This document shows positions 1 to 14,334 of a DNA stretch of 64,000 bases, in pieces. Below the pieces are notes generated by a model. It did not search any database and had not been told where the DNA came from. It worked only from the letters and a program-made list of their open reading frames with translations. A program made the position numbers and the translations under genes. Every line of letters starts with the position of its first letter. Within the stretch, counting starts at the first letter, position 1. Origin of the DNA: the human T2T-CHM13v2.0 reference genome, Homo sapiens; the NCBI RefSeq assembly GCF_009914755.1, contig NC_060936.1. One strand, written 5' to 3'.

Positions 1-625
1 ATTTATACTGTCTTTTATAATTCATAATTATCTTTACCAATGCTCTTTCCTTTTTTAAAATGTGGATTTGAATTGCCGTCTGATTTTGCTTGCTTTAAGA
101 TTGAAGCACTACTTTTAGTATATCTTGTAAGGTAATTCTGCCAGCAATTCAATTCAATTTCACTTGAATTTTGTTTATCTGGGAATGTCTTTATTTCCAT
201 GTCCATTTTTAAAAAATAACTGCTGGATATAGGATTCTTGAACAACAGTGTTTTCATTGAGCATTTTGCATATATCATTCTACTGCCTTCTGGCCTCCAC
301 TGATTCTGATATGTCAGCTGTTGATCTTATTGGGGTTCCATCATAAATGACAAGTCATTTTTCTCTTGCCGCTTTCAAGATACTCTCCATGTCTTTGGAT
401 TTTGGCATTTTTACTATGACATGTCTATTTGTAGATCTCTTTATCTTACTTGGAATTCATTGAGTTTCCTGGATTTATAGTGTTTTAAAATAAATTTCAT
501 CTGTTTTCAGCCATTATTTATTTAAATTTTTTAAAATCTCCTTTCTCTCTTTCCTCTCCTCCTGGTACTCTCATTACATGTGTGTTGGTGCACTCAGTGA
601 TATCCCGTATTTCCCTGAGGCCCAT
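1..625 (-). mobile_element. Old L1M (L1MC/MD/ME-type) ORF1-region fragment, runs off the window start
   Basis: Antisense L1M ORF1-type motifs: tttgtttatctgggaatgtctttatttc, ctgccttctggcctcca, tttctcttgccgctttcaaga, ttttcagccattattt. Confidence 0.8.
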
Positions 626-877
626 GGTTACTCTGGGATAACAGTGGTTCTGGCGGGATATTCTTTGACTGTCTGTTCAACACCCAGCTTTTCACTCCCA
701 CTAGAAGCTGAGTGTAATGAGAGGCGTATTTGATAAGTGTGTGTTGGGAATTTGAATAATGTCAAGACACAAAAACTATTGAGTATGACTGATTAAGATA
801 CTTGTTTCAGTTAATGTTTCCTCTTCCAATGAAAATGCATTAGGCAGTGATTCTTTCACACCTCAGTGTAAATTGCT

Positions 878-1302
878 TTAACCCACAAAATATCTCACTT
901 TTACTATTATTTTTGCATCACTCTAGTATATCAACTTTGGAAACCAAAGACTCATTCTATTTATGGCATCCTGTTTTTAGTAGTGGTATTTCCATTTACA
1001 AAATGTAATGATTCTCTGTTGCTGAAAATGTCAAATCCTAGAAAGCGCACCATTCCTATGTGTGATGTTAACATCGTTCTCAAACAGTTGTTGGCTGAAG
1101 ATTCATTTGATTAATCCAAGTGTTCCAAAATAGATGATTCTGATGTAGTTCTGTTTAGAAATAACTTCAATAGCAGTTTTTATATTTTATTTTCACATTG
1201 AAAATCAGTCAGATTTGCTTCAGCCTCAGAGTGTGTTTATGTAAAATTAAATGAGCATGGGCAGTGAGCTGCATTTTTTTTTCTCAATGGTAAAGGGGTT
1301 AA
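878..1302 (-). mobile_element. MER75 (piggyBac-derived non-autonomous DNA transposon)
   Basis: Reverse of MER75 body (cacattgaaaatcagtcagatttgcttcagcctc; gtaaaattaaatgagc; gagctgcatttttttttct). Ends aaagggg-TTAA at 1299-1302. Left TTAA at 878-881, or an alternative degenerate end at TTAA 811-814. Confidence 0.85.
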
Positions 1303-1539
1303 TGGACTTTCAGTTCCTCCTTTCACTTATCCATTTATACAAGTGTTGACCTGTATAAAGGGCATGGTGGGGCATCTGACTTCTGGAGAGGTATTTGCTT
1401 TTGGGAGTCTGTAGGGTATCAGAGATCAATGGTTGTCAGGGAGGTAAAGGAAAAGAAGCAGGAAGTGAGAGAGGAGTTCACTCCAGGTACACACATCTCC
1501 TATCTGTCCCTTGATCTTACCAAGTTTAAGGTATCTGCC

Positions 1540-1915
1540 TTGTCAGTGAGAATGCTCTCACCCTGATGTTCGTGCAGCTGGTCCTTCATGTCATTCAGAT
1601 CTCAGCTTAGGTATCACCCCCCCACCAAAGAGGCTTTCTCTGATATCCCAAACTGAAGTGATTAGCAGTCACAACATTTTATTATATTTTAATTTAATTA
1701 TAATAATTATAATAATAATTAACTTATTATAATTTAAATATAATGTTATATTTTAATTCTCCAAAAATACTTCTTATCTGATATTTTTCTACATACAGTA
1801 GTTTGCTTAGTCTTTTTTCTCATTATAAGAAAACAATGTTCATCTTGTTTACCTCTTTATCTCCAGCATCTAGAAGAGAGATACATGCAAAATATTTAAT
1901 AAATATTTGCTGAAT
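1540..1915 (+). mobile_element. L2 3' end, degenerate
   Basis: tcattcagatctcagctt...; terminal tatctccagcatctagaa...aataaatatttgctgaat. Confidence 0.6.
1676..1760. repeat. AT-rich low-complexity tract (TAA/TTA-like)
   Basis: Nearly pure A/T run: attatattttaatttaattataataattataataataatt... Confidence 0.75.
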
Positions 1916-3424
1916 CAAATTATTCTTTCTTCTCTTCTTAGACTTCTCATCTCCTTCCACTTGCTCTTCATTAGAAGTGTTATAAGAAATGAGCACAAAG
2001 TTATCACCATGATTGCAGGCTTTTTCTATTTCTAGAACCTTCAGAACATAGTTCCTAGAGAACCACAAAGGTCAGTGGTGTAAGGGCACAAAGAGAGAAA
2101 TGGGACAGACATGTTATCAGCTCACAGAGAGGTTGATGGTTCCATGAAAGGAATGAAGAAGGATTGGTAACAAAAAAGAAAAGAAGAATTTAATGCAGTA
2201 TCAATTGAAAACTTTTATTTTAAGCTTAACTTCAGCTATTCATTTTTATTCAATAACTCCTTGTCAATCATCTGCTATGTGTCAGAAAATGAATATTCTC
2301 CCATTTCTTCAAAAAGGAACATTATTAAGCCTCTTTTCTATGCATTCTGTGCTGGGCATGGAAGAATACTGTTTGGATCTGACATTTAAAGAAAGAAATA
2401 AGAGACTAAAATGTTGTATCAGTGGCACAGAATGCATTCAAACACATTTAGGCAACTGTGCCTATGTTGAAAGACACTGAACAAATTGACTCAATATGAG
2501 AAAAAAACAAGGCTTTTTTTGTGTTATTCTCCAATGTATAGGGCATTCAATATATATTTATTAAATGAATAAATTTGCAAGAAGAAGAAACAAATATTGA
2601 TGGTTCAAGGACTCAGGGAACTAAATGCTTTTTACCTTGCTCATGAATATAAGGATTAATGTTGTAAAGAACGTGGTGATTCAGGTTTTATGTTTGTTTT
2701 TTAGTAGTAAGAGAGTTGATAAAGAAAATCATAGAACTTATTTAGTGCTTTCAACACATTAAGTTGATTTTGTAGAATAAAATAAACGATACAAGCCATA
2801 GTGTCTTCTGTAGAAATAAGTCTGAATTCCTGAGAATGAGGAGAATGTGATTATTATTGTTGATACATTGATTTTTTTTTAATGATTGATTGTATAACAA
2901 ATGTCCAAAGAAATTATATACAGGAAAAGAGAACTGAACAGTGGTTACACAAGCATCAGTGATACAACGGAGGAGAAAAAAGAGCAGCCCCAGATGATAA
3001 ACACAGCCAGCTCAGATGAATCAATGGCCTCAAAGGGACTCGTTCTAATCAAGATGCACAGATCTGCTTCTAATAGGTCCCATGGATACCAGGGCAGGCC
3101 TCTAATATATGAGCTGGAGCATTCATATTTGCATATTAAATATGTAAGTAACCGGCAGTGCAGGGAACAGATAATGGGAAAATAGGAACAGGACATTGAA
3201 AGGGCATGTTTATCCGGTTATAAACTAGTTGGAACACAACCAAATGTTAGTGTGTATAGACAAAGAAATATCTTTTTGTAGCTGGGCTCAATTCCCAAAC
3301 CAGATCAATGCATAGCCTTTACCTGACCAGTCCAACACCTATTGCTGGAAGGTAACTTCCAAGCATCTAGTGTAACTATCTCCTTCACTCTCAGAGAAAT
3401 AACTAAGGCAGGTCAGACCAACTC

Positions 3425-3615
3425 AGCTGACATTTACCAAGTATATGCTATAAACTGTGCTATGATATGTAAGTGATAAAGAAAACATGGTATATTGTTC
3501 AAGGATTTTACCATTTAGAGTGGAAAGGAGACAGATAACTAGTTAAATTCTCTGTAATGTGGTAAGTGAAGAGATACAGGTTTATACAGAATGCTGTGGG
3601 AGCCCAGAGGAGGTA
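3425..3615 (-). mobile_element. L2 fragment
   Basis: catttaccaag...tgtgctatg...ttcaaggattttaccatttagagtgg...gaatgctgtgggagcccagaggagg resembles the antisense L2 3' region. Confidence 0.55.
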
Positions 3616-4204
3616 TGGCAGAGATGTAGACTACGGGAGAAGGAGGTTTTCTGGTACCCAGCTGCAAACCGTAGATACATAATCCAAGACAGCTTAATTT
3701 TCTGTGCCCACACCTGATATGGAGAAGATGTGAGGGGATTTGTTATTTCACACTATGCTTTGGTTCTGTGCCTGCATTTTGCCCCCTTTTGAGTTGGTAT
3801 GCTGGTGCTGAATTTCCTATTTTGTGATTAACTGAGAAACTCCATAAAAAGCCACTCCAAGAAATTTTCCCAAGACTTCATGCAGGATCTGCCTTGGGGC
3901 CACACAGCACGTTTCCCCATCTAGATTTCTGGAGCAGCCCTGGCTAGGCCCCTGTCTCCAGTTACTCTTGAAACAAGAGATTGGGCTCTGTCCTTTCTGT
4001 TAAGTGGGAAAGTGAAGGGTTTGCCTCTCTGTCTGCAGAAAATAAAACAAGGTCATGTTGTCATATAACGAAGTTTATTCACACAAAGTTCAACAATCAT
4101 TAATTGAGCCAAGTCCTGTGTGAGGTGCTGTGGGTAGATACAATGGCACATAGGACTGGCAAGTTCTCTCCTTTGGAAAGGACCTTGTTGGAAAGAGGCT
4201 TTGC

Positions 4205-4433
4205 CTAGCAGTTACAGAGAGATGTTGGAGCCAGACTGCCAAGGCTGGAACCCTGGCACCATCTCTGTACCCTTAGGCAAGTTACTTATCTCTCTACACT
4301 ACAGTTCCTTTAATTATTAAATGGAAATATTAATAGTACTTATCCCATAAAATGATTGTAAAGGTTGAATAATCTACAAAGAGCACTTAGAAGAATGTTA
4401 GGCTTGTAGTAAGTCTAGTAACTATTATTATTA
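4205..4433 (+). mobile_element. MIR
   Basis: tggagccagactgcc...ccttaggcaagttacttatctctct...aaatggaaatattaatagtact core. Confidence 0.8.
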
Positions 4434-4541
4434 TGGAGTATAAAAGAAAGAAAATTAGCAACTAAATCAGTAAGATAGTTTTAGAGAGTTATAAGTACTG
4501 TGAAGAAAATAAAACAGGATTATGAGAGACAGCATAATTGG

Positions 4542-4920
4542 TATATTAGGGCATTTTCATGCTGCTGATAAAGACATACCTGAGACTGGCTAATTTACAC
4601 AGGAAAAGGGTTTAATGGACTTGTAGTTCCACGTGGCTGGGGAGGCCTCACAATCATGGTGGAAGTCAAGGAGGAGCAAGTCATGTCTTGCATGGATGGC
4701 AGCAGGTGAAGAGAAAAAGAGAGAGAGCTTGTGCAGGGAAACTCCTGTTTTTAAAACCATCAGATCTCATGAGACTTAGTCACTGTCATGAGAACAGCAC
4801 AGGAAAGACCCGCCCCCATGATTCAATCACCTCCCACCGGGTTCCTCCCACAACACACGGGAACTGTGGGAATTGCAATTCAAGATGAGATTTGGGTGGG
4901 GATGCAGCCAAACCGTATCA
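4542..4920 (-). mobile_element. THE1 solo LTR (THE1C-like, ERVL-MaLR)
   Basis: ttttcatgctgctgataaagacatacctgagactgg...gagatttgggtggggatgcagccaaaccgtatca; 5-bp TSD attgg/actgg. Confidence 0.95.
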
Positions 4921-5789
4921 ACTGGGAAAGTTTCTTTAGGTTGGGTCCTCAGGAAAGACCTCCCACAGAGATCACGTCTAAGCTGAGTCCAGCAGATGAG
5001 GGGATCAGCATTCCAGGCAGAAGGAATTATAAATGCAAAGGCCCTGAGGCAGGATCACACTTGGGATATTCTAGAAAGAAAAGGGAGGCAATGTGCCCAG
5101 TTAAGAAAGAGAGTGAATGGTAATGAAGTCAGAGAGGTAGGCAGAAGTCAGATGATCAAAGTCTGATTATGGACTAGAGATAGGTTCTCGTTTCTCTCAA
5201 TGAATGGACCTTGTACAGAGAACAAGGCCTCAGAGGGCATGGGTGCATACTCCACAAACAAGGCTCAATCCCAGCTTCCATTTTCCTCATCCCCAATGGA
5301 GGAAAAAAGGCATATCCCTCAGCCAAAAAGGGGGTCAAAGGGGAAAACTCCTCAACACTCCAGTTGGGGTATGCACAGAGAGAGAAGAGGAATTGCTAGG
5401 ATTGCTGAAGGTTCTCAGGGACAATGCTCTCTCTCTGCCTGATGGAAGGAGGGCCCACAGTCCACCAGTGGGGCTGCAGGTCACCACAGCAGTGTGGCCT
5501 GGAGAGGAGGCTGCACTGGAGAGATGGCTAAGCCCCTCTAACAAGAAGACAAGACTCAGGGCCAGTGCTGAGTAACCCATCAATTATTTTTAAATACAGC
5601 TAAAAGCCAGTCAGACTAAATCCAAACTTCTGTATTATAATCAAATTGCTTCAAGCTTAGCATTTGAGGCTTATGAACTTTAATTAAATTAGCAGGTGCT
5701 TCTCCCTTCCTATAAAAATTCAAAAAGTTTTATTACCAAATTATATTGTTAGTATTTACTTAGGGTGGGGATGCTCCAGGTCACTTAAG

Positions 5790-5908
5790 TAGGGCAATTA
5801 TATAATTTATCATCTGTTGGGACACTTTTGAGAGTGAAAGGGGTGCTATTAATAATAATCTTAGAAAAACAGTATAAGCCAGGACTGTCCTGGATGATCT
5901 AGGACCTA
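5790..5908. mobile_element. MER94-like hAT-Blackjack MITE
   Basis: tagggcaattatataatttatc...gggacacttttgagagtgaaaggggtgctattaataat...ggactgtcctgg. Confidence 0.7.
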
Positions 5909-6023
5909 TTAAGAAATTATCTACCCATGATTAAAAGAAGGACTTCAGATTTTACTTAAATGAGGTTGGAAGTTGTTGGCAGGTTTACTCAGGGGAGTTA
6001 CCTGATCTGATTTATGTTTTCAA

Positions 6024-7122
<1,099 letters not shown>

Positions 7123-7449
7123 AGATCACCCTTGCTTCTGGGTGGAGACTGGATTGTAGGGGGCACAGGAAGAAGCAAGGAACATTTTAAAAGGTTTTTG
7201 CAGTAGTCTAAGCAAGAGATGAAAGACGCTTGAAATAGGGAAAAGGAGGGACAATGAAGAGGATTAAATATAATAAATACATTGGCAGTAGAGCTGGCAG
7301 GACTTACTGATGGACTGGATTTTGCCAATGAGGGAGGGTGGCATCCAATCACTTGAGCTATTGAGTAGGTGAGGTTACTATTTACTGAGCTGATTTTATG
7401 TGTCAGCAAAAATATATACCATGTTTTTAGCTTGATCAGATGCCAGTAA

Positions 7450-7722
7450 ATAACAATAACAACAGTAAAAAGCAACCTCTTTTGATTGCTTAGGTGTCAG
7501 ATACTATTCTAGTACTTTACAGGTGTTAATGTAGCCCCATAACAGCCCTGTGAGGTAGGTGTTATCATTATCAACATTTTACACATGAGTAAGCTATAGA
7601 ATGAAGAGATTAAGTAGCCCAAAGTCACCCAGCCAGAGAACAGCAGAGCCAGGGTTGGGTTTTACTGGTACAAGAGTTTTGATTCCAGAGTCTGCCGTTT
7701 AACCCGATGCCACACTGCCTGT
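7450..7722 (-). mobile_element. MIR
   Basis: aacagccctgtgaggtaggtgttatcattatc...attttacacatgag...cccaaagtcacccagc...gattccagagtc. Confidence 0.75.
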
Positions 7723-7942
7723 CTGTTAGTTTGACTCCACGACCCAGTCTAGATCCTCAGTTCTAACCATTTGCCTCCATAGATTCATGCTGTTGGAAAC
7801 AGGCATCTCAGATGATAGAGTGTGGGTTGGCTCAGTCTAGAATACTGACGGAGATCAGAGCACACACACCACTTCCCCAAGGATGTTCAGGAAGAGACAC
7901 ACTGAGATCAGAGCATCACACATTCATCCTAAATAGGGTTGA

Positions 7943-8308
<366 letters not shown>

Positions 8309-8417
8309 TTATGAACTAGGAAAAGTTCATAAAACTCTTCCTCTGCTGCATTTTCCGCATTTTACTCATTTGAAGTAATGTGAAGTACCATGAATTATTT
8401 CTCGGGGAGGAACCCCT

Positions 8418-8560
8418 GTACCATGGTTAAAAGTGCTGTTCGAGAGTCAGATTCCTGGGATCAGATTTTAGCTTACCACCATTAGCTGGGTGACTTTTGT
8501 ATATTATTTAAACTCTTTATGACTTAGTTTTCCTGTTAGTAATGTGAAAATAATAACACT
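8418..8560 (+). mobile_element. MIR, interrupted by MLT1; 3' remainder at ~8990-9055
   Basis: tggttaaaagtgc...gagtcagattcctgggatc...agctgggtgact...ttagttttcctg. Confidence 0.65.
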
Positions 8561-8561
8561 A

Positions 8562-8990
8562 TGCCAGAGACTGGCTCATTTTTCACTAAATCCAATTCCC
8601 TTTCCTTCTGACCACAAAGATAGACTGGATTTCCCAGCTTATCTTGCAATTCAGCCTGGCTAGAGGACTCTGGCCATTAGAATAAAGGCAGAAGTAGTGG
8701 ATGCTGCCTTCAGATCTGGCCCATACAGATCCTCCAAGTGACACTCCACACTCTCTCTTCCCTGTCTGCTGGCTGCCTACTGAGGATCTAGCAGAGGACT
8801 CCAAGGCCCCAGGGGAAAGCAGAGCCACAGACTGGAAAGAATCTGAATCTCTGAATGACTGCGTGGTCCCACCAAGTAGGATCATCCACCTTGTGCTGCA
8901 TAAACCAATAGTAAATGTTCATTTGCTAAATCAGTAGGAGTTAGGGGTCTGTTTATTAGAGCAGCATGAATTCCTTATCCCAACTAGTAT
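8562..8990 (+). mobile_element. MLT1I/MLT1J-type solo LTR
   Basis: atttcccagcttatcttgca...ctggccattagaat...gaggactccaaggccccaggggaaagcagagccacagactggaaag...ctgaatgactgcgtgg. Confidence 0.8.
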
Positions 8991-9299
8991 AATAAATACG
9001 TACCTGGCAGGGATACTTGGCATTAATGTATCTGTAAAGTGTCTGTGTAAATGTGCTCTCAGAACATAGGGAAAAAAGAGTATCTCTATGATTCTTTATT
9101 TCCAAATTCTTTGTTATAACTAGAGAAGAGTGTAAGACTTCTTCAAGAAGACATGAAATCATGGTTCCCCATATGAGGCATCTTACTGTGATTAACAACA
9201 CAGCTTATTTGTATACAAAAATGGGTATAAACAAGTTACGTAAAATAAGCAGAACACAAGAGGTGGACAAATGTGACCTAAGAGAGTTCAAAAGACTGT

Positions 9300-9700
9300 T
9301 GTCTTAGTCCATTTGTGCTGCTATAACAAAATATCTGAGACTAGGTAATTTGTAAACAACAGAAGTTTATTTCTCACCATTGAAGGGGCTGGGAAGTCCA
9401 AGATCAAGGAGCTGGCATGTTCAATGTCTGGAGAGGTCCTGGTCTCTGCTTCACATATAACATCTTGAGCGTTGCATCCTTGAGAGGAGATGGACACTGT
9501 GCCCTCACATGGAAGAGGGCCAGTAAGGCAAAGGACCTAGCTAGTCACCTCCACCCCTTCTATGAGATTGCTAATCCTGGTTGTGAGGGATCTACCTCCA
9601 TGATTTAATCACCCCCTAACGGCCCCACTTCTTAATACTATCATGTTAGCCATTGTGATAAATTGCACCATAAAAATTTGCAGCCACACATTCAGCTGTG
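9300..9700 (-). mobile_element. MST (MSTC/MSTD-like) solo LTR
   Basis: tgtcttagtccatttgtgctgctataacaaaat...ggctgggaagtccaagatcaagg...ggccccacttcttaatactatca. Confidence 0.88.
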
Positions 9701-11583
9701 CTCTGAAGGTTTCTCTGATCCTTCCCAGAATCCCTATGACCTTAGTCTGCAGTCAGGCCTATAGGATCTGTGTAGCTGGGTCTTCCCAACTTGATTGCAC
9801 AGCCTCACTGGAGATTAAAATTAATAGCTTTATTACAACCCGTATCTCATCTTCAGGCTCATCTTCAGGCTTGTCATGCTGTAGCACCCCGTGCCTCCTA
9901 CAGCAAGTGGGCAGGAAAGGAGACTTTAAAAGTTAGAAAATTAGTTAATTAGTTAAATCATGTAGAATCAGGAATGCCTGTTTAGAAAAGGAAATCATTC
10001 TTGAGAAATGCTTAGCTTTTCTTTTGAAAATCTTTTATTATTGCTGTAAAATCAAAGTCCCAGAAAACTTCAGAGATTCAGGAAAACATTCAGCAAGCGA
10101 TCAGGTTCTTACCCACTAGAAATATTTTAAACAAAAAGAAGTCTTAAGCCATTTGGTGTCTCACTTCTGTATTTACTTGTTTCTACACATCCTGCCAAAT
10201 TTTTTCTAGACTTATGTTGACAAATAAATCTCTTGAAACTTGATTTTAATTTTTTCCAGTTCACCTTCAGACTCTTAAGATGCTGTACTCTGTGATCATC
10301 ACTCACCATCTTATATCTCCAACAATATCACAAATCTTATTTTATGATGTAGCACTGTCAGCAGATACACCGCTCAGGTAACACAGAGAATATCTGTGTT
10401 ATGAGTATCTAAAATGGCCTTGTAGATAAATAAGTCTATCGGTTCAAAGATACTCAGGTACTCACAGAAACCTATCATTATTGGCAATTTTCCAGTGTTT
10501 CAAAATGTGTCTGAAGCAGAAAGCACCAGCAGAAAATGCCCATTATAAAAGCTTATAACTGTCATACTGATGTAATCCCCAGGAAGTCCTGATCATGTGG
10601 CTCAGTCCCGGAGAGCTGCTAACATTCAGAGAAGTACCATCCAGACAGGACATCCAATATTTATGTACATATTTCAACATTCTTAACGAGGATGCAACAA
10701 AACATTAAAATTCTCTCTTCTCAATTTTATAACGTCCCAAGCCCAGGAAGTGTCTCACTTTTCTATCCCAGAATTGCTTATGCTTTCACATCATTGCATC
10801 GTCCAAATTTCTCTCTTCATGAGGTTCATTATTTGTTCCCAGAGCCCCCCAGCAAAGTATGTACCTTGCCTACAGACCTCGGGATGTTATAGTTTTTTTT
10901 TTTTTCCGTGCTTTTTGATTTTCTGTCAAAAATCCATCTGCCTTGCTTTTTGTTTTTTATCTTTGCCTCGTTCCACCAATTTTGCATAATAAAAGCTCAA
11001 AGAATTGCCTGGAAATGGTGGAGCCTTCCTCTGTGTGCAGGACAGGGTAGAGAATGAGCTGGCCAAGCCAGAGCTTTCCTCATATGTTACTCAGTTTTGT
11101 TTCATCACACCTATTAAGTATAACGTCAGCCAAAAAGTATCCTAAACGTGTACATGTTTACTGTACAGGCTCATATCCCAAGAACATTCCAATTCAACAG
11201 CAATTCTTTGTGGAAAATGAAGACAGCCATTTGCTTCTGGTAAAAGATTCAAGAAAGTTCAACATGACAGCACCATCTCTCAAAGGCTTCACACAGCTGA
11301 GCTTTAAGTAACATAAAAAGTCCCCTTCTGTTGCCTAGTAAAAGAAGAACAGCTTATTCTCCTAGCGGGACTAAAGTAAAAGATGTATCTGATCTGTCAT
11401 ATTTAGCAGCATTCTCATAATGCACAAAAGCTTCTAAGGCACTGATTAAAAAGAGAACATATCATGTGGCTGGTAGAGAAGATCTGTGACTAAAACAAAA
11501 GTATTCTCACCCTTGACTAAACATTGACTGATTGACTGTCAACAATCTGTCTTCTGCATGTGCCTGGAAAACAGCACTACCAA

Positions 11584-11585
<2 letters not shown>

Positions 11586-11627
<42 letters not shown>

Positions 11628-11642
11628 ACACACACACACACA
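11586..11642. repeat. (CA)n microsatellite, ~28 units with one interruption
   Basis: Directly visible. Confidence 0.98.
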
Positions 11643-13759
11643 AATGGTCTAGTCACGATAAATCTGCTTCACGGAACAATTACGCAGGAATAATTTTTCT
11701 TTGGCTGTTAAACTAAATGCTTTGCAAATGAACATCCAGATTAAATGTGCTTTCTCCCATCAAGCAAGTTCACAGGCCACTTGTGCTAGTTTTCAACAGA
11801 AAAAAGAGAGATTATTTTCTTAGCACATTATGATCATTATATTGCCCATTATTTCCACAAATAGGTTTCATTAATCCAAATTAACTGTCTGGGATCTCTA
11901 CCCTATGCTTCAATTGAGTGAAAGGCACAGGCCTAGCTTTTTGTGTGTCTGTGAAATATTCTTGCTGTAGACAAGGAATCTCTCTGTACCTTGATCTTCA
12001 AAAACTGGAATGAGTTCATCCTAACAAAGTCATCATTTACAACAACGCAGATTCTCTTTCTTGGGTTTTTAGTCTCAGTTAAGTGAGATCCAAGTGTTCA
12101 GTGACCTTGGGTTAAAGACTTCTTTCTTCTTTGTGACAACATAAATAAAATATTTCTTTGAACAATAGAAGACTTTATTTTGTTTTACTTCCTGTTAGAA
12201 ATTCCTATCTAAAATATGTTAATGTTTTCGCTATTCAGGAAGCTGTCATTATAATGTTTAATTATAATTATTTCAGTTTAAACCTTTTTTATATGTTGAT
12301 GAAGTGTTTTCCTTGTGAAATAAATTAGAAACAGAAAAGATCATGATAAACCAATTTCATGAATATTGCTCTAATTTTCTTATTTTCCAATGGCTTAAGA
12401 CAGTATTTCAAATATCATTCATTCTTATTAATATGAACTATCCCTATACAAAGCAGGAAAATTATTTGTTACAGGTAGAAGAGAAATATGTAATTACATA
12501 TTATACTTAATATCAGTAATTTCTTGATTGAGGGGTTTGCAACTCTATAACCTTCTATACCATTTAAAATTTCTTATTACTTTTTTTCTGGGGCTCTTAA
12601 ATCACACCATCTGATTTATTTTTACTACTTAGAAAGGAGGTCTTTAATGCATTTATTTGTTATATATTGCCCCAGCGTGTTCAAATTGCACCTACAGATG
12701 CTTAATAAAATTATCTGAAGATAAATCACAAACCATATCTGCTGCTCACATTGTAATGAGATGTATATAGGAATAAAGACAGACTATTCCTCCAAGACCT
12801 ATATTTGGAATTCAGAGAGGCTCCCATTAGAATAGTGGAGACAGTCTGGAACCTCACATTCAAAGAAGAGGGAGGTCTGGAAGCAATCCCAAAGGAAAAT
12901 GATAAACATTTTCAATTATTGGGAAGAGGATCAGATGGGGAAAGCAACTGTTCTTGTTTAGCTTAGAAAAGAAAGGACTTGCTCACACATGGTTCCCAAG
13001 CATGTGAAATGAAGTGTAGTTTTAAGGAGAAAGATGATTAGCTGGGCTTTTTTCCTTCTTCTCTCTCTCTCTCCTTTCTCTCTTTCTCTCTGTATTAAGA
13101 ATAGATACAAGGAAATATTAATAGAAAATAACTATATATAAATTGTCTTAAAGAGATACACTCAAGTTAGATGTGTCACAAAGAAAGGTAGGCAGTAATG
13201 CCAGCCCCACAGAAAATTGTCCAGTGAAAGGTTTATTTCTATTCTTTGGCTTTTTGTGCTTCATTACCAGTTCAATAACCATATTTTCCCATTCTGCGAG
13301 GCACTGGAGACACTTGTTATTTTTTTCCCTTCCCTACCAAATCTACCTCAATAAAATATCTGATAAAGTAATCCACATTATGATATGTGACATAGATTGT
13401 TAACACTTCAAACACAATAAATATTCAACACAATAAATATTTCTGGAGTTCCCACTGAGTATCAGGCTTTGTTTGTCACTGCTACCCAAAATCTTTGGAA
13501 ACAAATGAGCAATTCTGGGGGGCAAACATACTTACATTTGAAAAAGAGGGTAAAAATTATTGAGTCAAAGGATATATCCTTGGTTATTACGTGACATTCA
13601 TATATAATGGTCATAAAACTACCGACTATTAAACATTTGTTTCTCCACATACAAAGGAGTATTCTTAGCTTCATAGATGAAATGATTAAATGAAATGATG
13701 CATGCTACATGTTGATTTTGCTATTGTTACCATTACTTCTTCTTTACACCACTTTCTAG

Positions 13760-13846
13760 GTTCAGAGAAACTTGGAAAGAATCTGGGAATCTTTTCTGCC
13801 CCCAAAGTCAGAACCTGGGAAGGGAAAGAGAACAATATAAGCATAG
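13760..13846 (+). other. Candidate 87-nt internal exon of an unknown transcript
   Basis: Long AG-free pyrimidine tract ttacttcttctttacaccactttctAG|G, then donor ATAG|GTAAGT, in non-repeat DNA. Confidence 0.4.
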
Positions 13847-13894
13847 GTAAGTTTTCCTAACAGAGAGAGCAGCGGTACAAAAAATAAATAAAAC

Positions 13895-14130
13895 AATAAC
13901 ATTAATAGGAACTACCATTTTAAGCACTTGCAATGCACTAGACATTATGCTAATGACTTAACGTTTTCTTCTTTAACCTTCACAAAATTTTGGGAATGTT
14001 ATTATCATTCCCCTTTTTACAAATGACATAACTGAGGCTCAAAGAGATTAATTCATTCCCCAGGGTTACATAGCTAGTAACTAATGGGACTGGCATTGAA
14101 CCCAGACGATCTGGCTGCCTAGCCTACACT
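13895..14130 (-). mobile_element. MIR
   Basis: tttttacaaatgacataactgaggctcaaagagattaa...ccagggttacatagctagtaa...ttgaacccag. Confidence 0.8.
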
Positions 14131-14334
14131 TAAATATATAGTTTCCTTTTCCTGGACCTAATACTCAGTAAGCACATAACAATCTCTGTTTCTACTCATC
14201 TCTGATGTGATTTAATTAGTTGGGTTAAAATATATGAACTCACTGGGCACTGGGCTTTGAATACTATGGACAAGTTTAATTAAAATAATTTATGTTGATT
14301 GTATTCACATTATCTCTTTGAGTATTAGGCCCTA

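Noticed and set aside
2901-3185. 94-aa ATG ORF in unique DNA with a nearby octamer ATTTGCAT
   Set aside because: No recognisable homology, no promoter or splice context; the length is within chance expectation.
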